The notes under the pieces were generated by a model, which did no database searches, was not told the DNA's origin, and saw nothing but the letters and a program-made list of their open reading frames with translations. DNA of 64,000 bases from Thermoanaerobaculia bacterium (GTDB lineage: Bacteria; Acidobacteriota; Thermoanaerobaculia; UBA5066): NCBI GenBank assembly GCA_038245905.1, contig JBBRRY010000001.1, positions 128,001 to 192,000 of the forward strand, in the 5' to 3' direction. The position numbers and the translations under genes were made by a program. Below, in pieces: positions 49,225 to 57,651 of this stretch; positions within the stretch are counted from its first letter, which is position 1; the number at the start of each line of letters is the position of its first letter.

Positions 49225-49662
49225 GTGCCCGAGATCGTCGACGGCAACAATCTGATCGGTCGCCTCGGCGGCGGGTCGCGCGAGGGGCTCGTCACGGAGC
49301 TCTGCGAGATCGCGCGGCGAAAGCGAAAGCGGCTGACGGTCGTCTTCGACGGGCCGCCCGAGCCCGGGCGTGCGAAGGTCCAGACGTTCGGCGACGTCCA
49401 TGTCGTCTACGCGGCGCCGCGCTCGGCCGACGAGGAGATCGTGCGCTGCATCCGCGAGGCGTGACGGTCGTGACGGACGACCGGGCGCTCGCGTCCGCCG
49501 TCGCGGCCGCGGGCGCGCGCACGGCCGGGATCGGAGTCTTTCGGCAGGACGCATCCTCCCGCATGGCAGGACCTCCTCCCGCCGCCCCCCAAGCCCTCCG
49601 TGGGCGGCGGCGCGAAGGATTGGGAGCGCTGGTTCTCGGACCCGAAGAACCGCCTCGGCTGA
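49225..49662 (+). pseudogene. NYN/YacP-like PIN-domain RNase with two frameshifts
   Basis: IVDGNNL, TVVFDG, SADEEI in one frame; VTVVTDDRAL in another; ...WERWFSDPKNRLG* back in the first frame. Confidence 0.7.
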
Positions 49663-49721
49663 CCGCGCGCGGCTGCACCTGATACTCTTTCGCGGTCAAT
49701 TCAATCGGGAAAGGAGCATCC

Positions 49722-50777
49722 GTGACCGGACTTCGAAGGGGATCCCTGTATGCCGTTCTCCTTGGCGTCGCATCGTTCGGCGCCGCTCGAAGCGCCGGTG
49801 CCCAGGCGACCGGCATACTCAAACCCGGCAAGGCGATCGCGAAGGCCGCTCCGACCCCGACCCCCGCGAAGAAAGTCCTCGTGAAGCCGACAGTGACCAC
49901 GGGCGGCACCGCAAAGGTGATCTACCCGCCTGGGGCCGCCAAAGCCCGTGAAACGGCCTCGATCCGTGCATCGATTAACGCAGGAGCCGTTTCGACTCAC
50001 ACGAGCCCGGGAACCGTGAGGCTCAACCCGCTCAACAGGGCGCCCGGAATCGAGGGCGTGAACGGACAGGCGGGGGCGTTCACGGTCACGCCCGGGTCTC
50101 ACCTGACGATCAGCGGCTGGGAAATGGGCGACACCCTCGGGCAGGTCAACCTCATCGGCACCTTCCCGGGCGGCGCCGCGCCGCTCACAGTCGTGAACTG
50201 GACGGCCGGCACCATCACCGCAAATCTCCCGAACGGCCCGAACGTGCGTGGCGTCCTCGACCAGGCTGTCACGTTGCAGGTCGTGACGGGGGCGCGCCGT
50301 ACGTACGTCCACGCAGGCAACTTCCTCGCGGCGCGCGAGGAGATCACTGTGACGACGAACATCCCGCGCTTCGTCAGGTTACAGGCCGGAGGAACCTGGG
50401 GGGATTACGTGGGGATGGCCCCGAGTGGAGCCGTCTGGCGCGAGGAGCTCGGTCGGTCAATCACGTGCAAGGCGACTGGCGCGGACACCCTCACGGTCCT
50501 CGATCCCGGACGAGGTTTCGTCGTGACGTCGCTTGCCGCATCCTGGGGCCGCACAGACGCGGGAGACGGTGACCAGGGCGGCCGCGACGGCTCGCGTACG
50601 TACACGCCGGGCTACGATTTTGGAGAATGGCGCGGCGCCAGCATCCCGGTCCGATGGGGGGTTTGGCGAAGCCACAGCTCGCCGACGGCCTCCGGCATGC
50701 CTCCCGATGACGTTTGCCTTTCTTGGTACCAGATCTCCGTCACGGTGAGCGGCCCCGCGGGCGTCTCGCCCTTCTGA
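49722..50777 (+). CDS. Hypothetical secreted protein (possible IPT/TIG-like domain)
   Basis: AAGGAG RBS, signal peptide, PGSHLTISG...VVNWTAGTITANLP. Confidence 0.65.
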   Translation: MTGLRRGSLYAVLLGVASFGAARSAGAQATGILKPGKAIAKAAPTPTPAKKVLVKPTVTTGGTAKVIYPPGAAKARETASIRASINAGAVSTHTSPGTVRLNPLNRAPGIEGVNGQAGAFTVTPGSHLTISGWEMGDTLGQVNLIGTFPGGAAPLTVVNWTAGTITANLPNGPNVRGVLDQAVTLQVVTGARRTYVHAGNFLAAREEITVTTNIPRFVRLQAGGTWGDYVGMAPSGAVWREELGRSITCKATGADTLTVLDPGRGFVVTSLAASWGRTDAGDGDQGGRDGSRTYTPGYDFGEWRGASIPVRWGVWRSHSSPTASGMPPDDVCLSWYQISVTVSGPAGVSPF

Positions 50778-50790
50778 CACAATCGCCGCG

Positions 50791-51511
50791 ATGTCCGACC
50801 TGATCCGCCCGAGACGCCTCTCGCCCGGCGACACGGTCGGCGTCGCGGCGCTGTCCGGGCCTCCCGATCCGGACGCCCTCGCCGCGAGTGTCCGGGCGCT
50901 CGAGGGTTTCGGCTATCGGGTGAAGGTCGCGCCAAACGTTCTCGCGCAGGAGCCGCTCCTCGGCCTCGCGGGCACCGCCGAGGAACGCGCGGCGGGCTAC
51001 CGGGCGCTCCTCATCGAACCGGACGTCAAGGCGATCCTGTTTGCCCGTGGCGGCTACGGCGTCGCCTCCGCGCTCGCGCACCTCGACCCGGCGGAAGCGG
51101 CCGCGCACCCGAAGATCCACTGCGGCTTCTCGGACTTGACCGTCCTTTCCTCGTGGCTCCTGAAGACGGGCGTTCCTTCGTTCCACGGCCCTATGGTCGC
51201 GGCCGATCTCGCGCGCGGCCTCGACCCGCTCTCCGCGTCCTTCTTCCCTTCGATGCTGGAGGGGAGGGGGCCGCGCCCCAGCCGGCGGGGTCATCCTCGT
51301 GGCGGGTGCCGCGTCGGGCAGGCTCGTCGGGGGTTGTCTGTCGCTCCTTGCCGCTTCGTTCGGTACGCCCTGGGAATACGACTACGCCGACGGCCTTCTG
51401 CTCTTCGAGGACATCGCCGAGGAAGCCTACCGAATCGACCGGATGCTCGGGACCCTGATCGATTCCGGCCGATTCGCTAAACTATCCAGCATCTTGATCG
51501 GGTGCGCATGA
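50791..51511 (+). pseudogene. LD-carboxypeptidase (S66), frameshifted and C-terminally truncated
   Basis: RGGYG, GFSDLT (Ser), HGPM; frame change near 51265-51295; GRLVGGCL, FEDIAE (Glu); ends before the catalytic-His region. Confidence 0.75.
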
Positions 51512-52293
51512 AAGTCGTCGTCAAATCGGGAGCGCCGGGCGGGTTCACGGACTACGTCGCGCGATTTTCCGCTGGCCAGCCCATCTTCGAAGAGGGCGAG
51601 GTCGGCAACGAGATGTACGTCATCCAGTCCGGCACGGTCGAGATCTTCAAGCGCGCCAGGCGCGGCGAGGAAAAGCTTCTCGCGACGCTCGAGAAGGGTG
51701 ATTTCTTCGGGGAGATGTCGATTCTCGAGGACGTAGCCCGCACGGCCTCGGCCCGCGCGAAGGCGGACGTCGAGCTCGTCCGGATCAACCAGTCGACGTT
51801 CGACGAGATGCTCCGTCACAACGCGGAGATTGCCGTGCGCATGCTCCGCAAGCTGTCCCGAAGGCTGCGCGAGACGACGAAGCTCCTCGAGCAGTCCACC
51901 GGCGCGGCTCCCGCGCTCGACGAGAGCTCGTCCGACATCTTCGCGAAGGTCTCGGAGCGCCATGACATCTTCCGGCTCGTCGCCGCCGCCGGCGGCGAGG
52001 AGTTCTTCCTGAACCGCGACGGGGAGACCACCGTGGGGCGTGTCGACCCCGTCACGGGAATCAAGCCGGACGTGGACCTCGCAAACCTCGACACGCAGCG
52101 GTCGGTCTCGCGCCGGCACTCGAAGATCGTCCACGAGAAGGGCGAGTTCAGGGTCGTCGAGGAGATCGGCACGATGAACGGCACGTTCGTGAACGGCACG
52201 CGTATCGTCACGGGCCAGCCCGTGACGATCAAGGACGGGGACCGCACGCGCTTCGGGCTCGTGGACCTCACGTTCCGGGTCAGCAAGGCGTAG
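51508..52293 (+). CDS. Cyclic nucleotide-binding domain plus FHA domain protein
   Basis: IFEEGEVG...GDFFGEMS...RTASARA; FHA GR...VSRRH...NGTFVNG. Confidence 0.88.
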   Translation: MKVVVKSGAPGGFTDYVARFSAGQPIFEEGEVGNEMYVIQSGTVEIFKRARRGEEKLLATLEKGDFFGEMSILEDVARTASARAKADVELVRINQSTFDEMLRHNAEIAVRMLRKLSRRLRETTKLLEQSTGAAPALDESSSDIFAKVSERHDIFRLVAAAGGEEFFLNRDGETTVGRVDPVTGIKPDVDLANLDTQRSVSRRHSKIVHEKGEFRVVEEIGTMNGTFVNGTRIVTGQPVTIKDGDRTRFGLVDLTFRVSKA

Positions 52294-52306
52294 GGGGCCC
52301 GTCCCG

Positions 52307-54412
52307 CTGCTCCCTTCTCTTCCATCGCTTGCCAGCCTGCCCGGCATCGGCCCCGCGCGGGCGAAGGAGCTGGCCGAAGCCGGGGTCGAGACGGCGCTCG
52401 ATCTCCTCCTTCACCTCCCGTTCCGCTACGAGGACCGCACCCGGATCGGGCGCATCGCCGATCTCGTTCCCGAGGGCCCCGCCACGACGGTAAAGGGCGA
52501 GGTTCTCTCCGCGAAACTCATCCGCACCCGTCGCCGCGGCTTCACGATCTTCGAGGCGATCCTCGACGACGGCTCGGGTCCTCTCAGAATCATCTTCTTC
52601 AACCAGCCCTACCTTCAGCGGTGGATGCTGCCGAAGAAGGTCTTCTGGGTTTACGGGGCTCCGACGCAGGCGGCGCGCTATCGGCGCGGGCTCGTCATGG
52701 AGAACCCGCAGATAGAAGAGTTCCTAGAAGGTGAAGAGGGGCGGGACCCCCTCAGCGTCGGCCGGGTCGTTCCCATTTACCGCAAGCTGCCGGGCCTGAC
52801 GCCCCGTGCACGCCGCACGGTCGTCTTCCACCTTATAAGAGACTTTGCAGACCACCTCCCCGAGCGTATGCCTCCGTCGAAGCGGGAGGGTCCGAAGCTG
52901 CCCGCTCTTTCCGAATCCCTCCAAGAAGCCCACTTCCCGGGCAGCAGCGGCGGGCCCGCCGACGCCTCGCCCTGGACCGAACGCACCTCGCCCTACCTCC
53001 ACCGCCTCGTGTACGAGGAGTTCCTCGAGTTCCAGGTAGGCCTTCAGCGGCGGCGCCGGGCGCGTGCGGCCGACCCGGCGCCCGTGCTCGCCGCGGACGA
53101 CGCCATTCGCGCGCGGCTCAAGGCGCTCCTCCCGTTCGCGCTCACCGGGGCGCAGAAGCGGGTGATCCGGGAGATCGGCGAGGACTTCCGGCGCGGCAGG
53201 CCGATGCGGCGGCTTCTCCAGGGCGACGTCGGGAGCGGCAAGACGATCGTCGCGGTGCTCTCGGCCGTGCTCGCCGCCGCGTGCGGGTACCAGACCGCGC
53301 TCATGGCACCAACCGAAATCCTCGCCGAGCAGCACGCGGCGACGATCTTCCGCCTGCTCGCGCAGTCGGGGCTCGTGCCCGCGCTCCTCACGGGTCGCGT
53401 CAAGGGAAAGGCCCGCGTCGCGCTTCTGGACCAGCTCGCGGGCGGGCGCGTCAACCTCCTCATCGGGACACACGCGCTCCTGGAAGATCCCGTGGCGTTT
53501 CTGCGGCTCGGACTCGTCGTCATCGACGAGCAGCATCGGTTCGGGGTGGCCCAGCGCACGGCGCTCGCGGCGAAAGCCGTCACGTCAGGCCGAAAGCCGC
53601 ACCTCCTCGTGATGTCCGCGACGCCGATCCCGCGCTCCCTGGCGCTCACGCTGTACGGCGATCTCGACGTGTCGACGCTCGACGAGAAGCCGCCCGGGCG
53701 GACTCCGGTGGCGACGCGCATTCTCCCGGAGTCCGAGCGTGGCGTCGTGTTCCGTGAGATCGAGGCCGAGATCCGGGCCGGGGGCCAGGCCTACGTCGTC
53801 GTTCCCCTCATCGAGGAGTCGGACAAGATCGAGGCGCGCGCGGTCGAAAAGCACGTCGAGGAGATCCGCCGGGCGCTGCGAGGGAGACGCGTCGGGGTCG
53901 TGCATGGCCGCATCCCGCCCGACGAGCGCGAACGAACGATGGGGGAGTTCGCGGCCGGCCGGCTCGATGTCCTCGCGGCGACCACCGTGATCGAGGTCGG
54001 CGTCGACGTGCCGAACGCCTCCTACATGCTGATCGAGAACGCCGAACGCTTCGGTCTCGCCCAGCTCCACCAGCTGCGCGGCCGCGTCGGGCGGGGACGA
54101 CGCGCCTCGCGCTGCGTGCTGCTGTTCGGCCCGGGGATCTCGCCGGAGTCGCGCGAGCGGCTCGCCGTTCTCGAGAGGACGGACGACGGATTCGTCGTGG
54201 CCGAAGAGGACCTGAAGCGCCGCGGCCCAGGCGACGCGCTCGGGACCCGCCAGAGCGGTATCCCGCTTTTCCGGGTCGGCGACCTGATCCGGGACCTGAA
54301 GTGGATGAAACTGGCGCGCGACGAAGCGAGTCGAATGCTCGCGGACGGCACGGACGCGCCGTTCCGCAACGCGCTCTTTCTCCGGGCGGCCGACCTGCCG
54401 GCAGGCGACTGA
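52307..54412 (+). CDS. recG: ATP-dependent DNA helicase RecG
   Basis: In-frame N-terminus LPGIGPARA...HLPFRYEDR upstream of the ORF-track ATG; QGDVGSGKT, DEQH, SATPIPR, QLRGRVGR. Start uncertain (CTG 52307 proposed). Confidence 0.93.
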   Translation: MLPSLPSLASLPGIGPARAKELAEAGVETALDLLLHLPFRYEDRTRIGRIADLVPEGPATTVKGEVLSAKLIRTRRRGFTIFEAILDDGSGPLRIIFFNQPYLQRWMLPKKVFWVYGAPTQAARYRRGLVMENPQIEEFLEGEEGRDPLSVGRVVPIYRKLPGLTPRARRTVVFHLIRDFADHLPERMPPSKREGPKLPALSESLQEAHFPGSSGGPADASPWTERTSPYLHRLVYEEFLEFQVGLQRRRRARAADPAPVLAADDAIRARLKALLPFALTGAQKRVIREIGEDFRRGRPMRRLLQGDVGSGKTIVAVLSAVLAAACGYQTALMAPTEILAEQHAATIFRLLAQSGLVPALLTGRVKGKARVALLDQLAGGRVNLLIGTHALLEDPVAFLRLGLVVIDEQHRFGVAQRTALAAKAVTSGRKPHLLVMSATPIPRSLALTLYGDLDVSTLDEKPPGRTPVATRILPESERGVVFREIEAEIRAGGQAYVVVPLIEESDKIEARAVEKHVEEIRRALRGRRVGVVHGRIPPDERERTMGEFAAGRLDVLAATTVIEVGVDVPNASYMLIENAERFGLAQLHQLRGRVGRGRRASRCVLLFGPGISPESRERLAVLERTDDGFVVAEEDLKRRGPGDALGTRQSGIPLFRVGDLIRDLKWMKLARDEASRMLADGTDAPFRNALFLRAADLPAGD
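52715..52846. repeat. Convergent pair of the AT-rich motif inside recG
   Basis: + GAAGAGTTCCTAGAAGGTGAAGAG (52715-52738); - AAAGTCTCTTATAAGGTGGAAGA (52846-52824). Confidence 0.65.
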
Positions 54413-54452
54413 TGCCCCTCTCGTTCCGGGTTAACATCTCGGGCCGCGCGGT

Positions 54453-55115
54453 GTGACCGCGCTCGAAGGCGCCGTGGACCCGCAAAAAACCCTCGAAATC
54501 GTCATCCAGATCGTCGTGCTTCTGTTCGCCGTCTCGTTCCACGAGTCGGCCCACGGTTACGTGGCGATGAAGTGCGGCGACAACACGGCGCGCGACCTGG
54601 GGCGGATCACCATGAACCCGCTGAAGCACCTGGACCCGATCGGCAGCCTCTTATTCCCGGCGATGCTCGCGTTCTCGGGCCTGCCCGTCTTCGGCTGGGC
54701 GCGCCCCGTTCCGGTCTCGCTCAGGGGCGTCCCGAATCCGCGGCGGGCCAACCTCCTCGTCTCGGCCGCGGGGCCGCTCTCGAACCTCCTCCTGGCCATC
54801 GTGTTCGCGGCGGGCTTCGCGCTCATCAAGGGCATCGAGGTGCCTTCGAAGGCGAGCCCCCTCTACCCGCTGTCGCTGATTTTCGCGCTCTCGGTCCTCG
54901 TGAACGTCTCGCTGGCGATCTTCAATCTCCTGCCGATCCCGCCGCTGGACGGGTTCGGCGTCGTCGAGAGCCTCGCGCCGGCGTCCGCGCTGCCCGCCAT
55001 CATCTGGATGAGGCGATTCGGCTTCATCATCCTCGTCGTCGCGATGTTCACGGGCGCCCTCGGTTTCATCATGCGGCCCGTGCAGAACCTCGTGATCACC
55101 TGGCTGAGATCCTGA
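54453..55115 (+). CDS. Site-2 protease family (M50) membrane metalloprotease
   Basis: HESAH, AGPLSN, FNLLPIPPLDG. Confidence 0.92.
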   Translation: MTALEGAVDPQKTLEIVIQIVVLLFAVSFHESAHGYVAMKCGDNTARDLGRITMNPLKHLDPIGSLLFPAMLAFSGLPVFGWARPVPVSLRGVPNPRRANLLVSAAGPLSNLLLAIVFAAGFALIKGIEVPSKASPLYPLSLIFALSVLVNVSLAIFNLLPIPPLDGFGVVESLAPASALPAIIWMRRFGFIILVVAMFTGALGFIMRPVQNLVITWLRS

Positions 55116-56110
55116 TGTCTTCCTCTTCGAGGCAAATCGTTCTTTCCGGCCTGCGTCCCACGGGTCGCGTCCACCTCGGCAACTACTGGGGCGCCGTCAA
55201 GAACTGGGTCGACCTCCAGGAGACCTACGACTGCCGCTACTTCGTCGCCGATCTGCACGCGCTCACGACCGACTACGCCGACGCCTCCCAGATTCGGCAG
55301 GCCTCGCTGGATGCCGCGACGGACTGGCTGTCGGTCGGCCTCGATCCGGAGAAATCCGTCATCTTCGTGCAGTCGCGCGTCCCGCAGACGGCGGAGCTGG
55401 CGCTCGTCTTCGGGATGATCACGCCCCTCGGCTGGCTCGAGCGCGTGCCGACTTACAAGGAGCAGATCGAGCAGCTCCGGGAGCGCGACCTCGGGACTTT
55501 CGGGTTTCTCGGATATCCAGTTCTCATGACCGCCGATATCGCGCTCTATCGCGCGCACTTCGTGCCTGTCGGCAAGGACCAGGAGAGCCATCTCGAGATC
55601 TGCCGCGAGATCGTCCGGCGCTTCAACGGCTTCTACGGCGACGTCTTCCCCGAGCCGCGGGCGCTCTTCACCCAGACCCCGAAGGTGCCGGGCCTCGACG
55701 GCCGGAAGATGTCGAAGAGCTACGGAAACACGATCGCCCTCTCCGACCCGGCGGCCGACGTCGAGAAGAAGGTCATGGGCATGGTCACGGACCCGGGCCG
55801 CGCGCGCCGGTCCGACCCGGGGAATCCCGACGTCTGCAATCTCTATCCGTTCCACATCCTCTACTCGCCGCCCGAAGAGCAGAAGCAGGTGGATCTCGAG
55901 TGCCGTACGGCGGCGCGCGGCTGCGTGGACTGCAAGAAGCACCTCATCCGCAACATGAATGCCGCGTTGGAGCCGATCCGCCAGAAGCGCGCCGAGATCC
56001 TGGCGAAACCGGGCTATGTGAGGGACGTGCTCGAAACGGGAAACGAAAGAGCGAGAAATATTGCTTCGGAAACGATGGAGACAGTCTCCGACGCAATGGG
56101 GTTGCTGTGA
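55115..56110 (+). CDS. trpS: Tryptophan--tRNA ligase
   Basis: SGLRPTGRVHLGN, YPVLMTADI, VPVGKDQ, KMSKS. Confidence 0.96.
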   Translation: MSSSSRQIVLSGLRPTGRVHLGNYWGAVKNWVDLQETYDCRYFVADLHALTTDYADASQIRQASLDAATDWLSVGLDPEKSVIFVQSRVPQTAELALVFGMITPLGWLERVPTYKEQIEQLRERDLGTFGFLGYPVLMTADIALYRAHFVPVGKDQESHLEICREIVRRFNGFYGDVFPEPRALFTQTPKVPGLDGRKMSKSYGNTIALSDPAADVEKKVMGMVTDPGRARRSDPGNPDVCNLYPFHILYSPPEEQKQVDLECRTAARGCVDCKKHLIRNMNAALEPIRQKRAEILAKPGYVRDVLETGNERARNIASETMETVSDAMGLL

Positions 56111-56120
56111 GAGCCGTCGT

Positions 56121-56143
56121 TCTTCACCTTCTAAGAAATCTTC
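56121..56143 (-). repeat. Best-consensus motif copy between trpS and scpA
   Basis: Minus strand GAAGATTTCTTAGAAGGTGAAGA. Confidence 0.65.
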
Positions 56144-56155
56144 GGTCGTTCTTCC

Positions 56156-56968
56156 ATGGCTGAAGGCATTCGCATCCCAGTCCCCGCCGGCGCGGACCTC
56201 ATGCAGCCCTACCCGGTGAAGCTGCCGATGTTCGAGGGGCCGCTCGATCTCCTCCTCCATCTCATCCGCAAGAACGAGGTGGACCTCCGAAACCTCCCGG
56301 TGGCCGATATCTGCCGGCAGTACCACGAGTACATCGTCCTCATGGTCGAGCTCGACCTCGAGGTCGCGGCCGAGTTCCTGTACGTCGAAGCGATGCTTCT
56401 CCACATCAAGTCGCAGCTCGTGCTCCCACGGGCGGCCGCCGTGGAGGGCGAGCCCCTCGAGGATCCGCGCGACGAGCTCGTGAGGCGTCTCCTCGAGTAC
56501 CGCAAGTACAAAGGCGTCGCCGAGTCGCTGCACGAGATGGAGGCCGTCCGCCTTGGCCTCTGGAGCCGGCCGCCGACGAGGGTCGAGGTAGGGGGAGGGG
56601 AAGCCGAGGAGACCGACCTCTCAGAGGTCTCCCTTTTCGATCTCCTGGCCTTCTTCAAGGGTGCCGTCGACCGATACCGCGCCCAGCATCCGCCATCGAT
56701 GGAGATCGCCCACCAGAAGTTCTCCATCAAGGAGAAGATGGAGCAGATGCTCGCGCGCATCAAGGCCGGGACCGGCAACGTACCGCTTTCGGAAGTGTTC
56801 CGCGGCCTCTCGGGACGCGGCGAGGCGATTGCCATCTTCCTCGCCGTCCTCGAGCTCCTGAGGCTCCGCGTCGTCCGCGCGCGCCAGGACGGCGAATTCA
56901 ACGAGATTTATCTGGACCCGACGGGTGAGTCGGCATCGCTCGAGGGCTACGAGGAGGCCTACCGGTGA
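56156..56968 (+). CDS. scpA: Segregation/condensation protein A
   Basis: FEGPLDLLLHLI, DPRDELVRRLLEY, FLAVLEL. Confidence 0.93.
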   Translation: MAEGIRIPVPAGADLMQPYPVKLPMFEGPLDLLLHLIRKNEVDLRNLPVADICRQYHEYIVLMVELDLEVAAEFLYVEAMLLHIKSQLVLPRAAAVEGEPLEDPRDELVRRLLEYRKYKGVAESLHEMEAVRLGLWSRPPTRVEVGGGEAEETDLSEVSLFDLLAFFKGAVDRYRAQHPPSMEIAHQKFSIKEKMEQMLARIKAGTGNVPLSEVFRGLSGRGEAIAIFLAVLELLRLRVVRARQDGEFNEIYLDPTGESASLEGYEEAYR

Positions 56969-57585
56969 CCACGCATGTGGCGCTCCTCGAGGCCCTCCTC
57001 TTCGCGTCCGGGAAGTCCGCGACCGTCGAGCGTCTCGCCGAGGCCGCGGAAATCACGAAGGAAGAGGTCGAAGCCGCCCTCGACGCGCTCGAGAGCGCCT
57101 GCGAGGCCGAAGGGCGGGGCGTACGCGTGGACCGCGTCGCCGGTGGCGCGCGCCTCGTGTCGCGCAACGAGTACGACCTGCCCGTCCGAAGCCTCCTCGG
57201 GCTCGAGGGCAAGAACAAGCTCTCGATCCCGAGCCTCGAGGTGCTGTCGATCGTGGCGTACCGGCAGCCGGTCACGGCGCCCGAGATCGCGGAGCTTCGC
57301 GGCGTGAGCTCGGCGTCCTCGCTGCGCACCCTCCTCGACAAGAAGCTCATCACGACGGCCGGCCGCAAGGAAGTCGTCGGGACCCCGTTCCTGTACAAGA
57401 CGACGAAAGAGTTCCTCGTGCACTTCGGCCTGGCCGACCTGAAGGACCTCCCGCGCCCGGAGGACCTCGACGCGCTTTATGGGGTCGAGACGAATACGGC
57501 GCAGACCGAGCTGTTTCCGGAGCAGAATTCTGCTGAAGAAGAGAAGGAAACAGGAATAGATAGAGAGAAAGAGGAAGATTCTTAG
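56965..57585 (+). CDS. scpB: SMC-Scp complex subunit ScpB
   Basis: LEALLFAS, LEVLSIVAYRQPVT, RGVSS, YKTTKEFLVHFGL. Confidence 0.95.
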   Translation: MTTHVALLEALLFASGKSATVERLAEAAEITKEEVEAALDALESACEAEGRGVRVDRVAGGARLVSRNEYDLPVRSLLGLEGKNKLSIPSLEVLSIVAYRQPVTAPEIAELRGVSSASSLRTLLDKKLITTAGRKEVVGTPFLYKTTKEFLVHFGLADLKDLPRPEDLDALYGVETNTAQTELFPEQNSAEEEKETGIDREKEEDS

Positions 57586-57635
57586 AATGGTTAATTCCCT
57601 TCCCTCTTCTAAGCAAATCTTTCTTTCTCTTTTCC
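57561..57635. repeat. Convergent pair of the AT-rich motif at the scpB end and scpB-rluB spacer
   Basis: + GAGAAAGAGGAAGATTCTTAGAATGG (57565-57590); - GAAAGAAAGATTTGCTTAGAAGAGGG (57627-57602). Confidence 0.7.
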
Positions 57636-57651
57636 TATTTGGACGTGTGCC

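Noticed and set aside
4271-57635. Reading the purine-rich motif as CRISPR repeats or IS/MITE ends
   Set aside because: No regular repeat-spacer array, cas gene, transposase or target duplication; the DNA between partners is native coding sequence.
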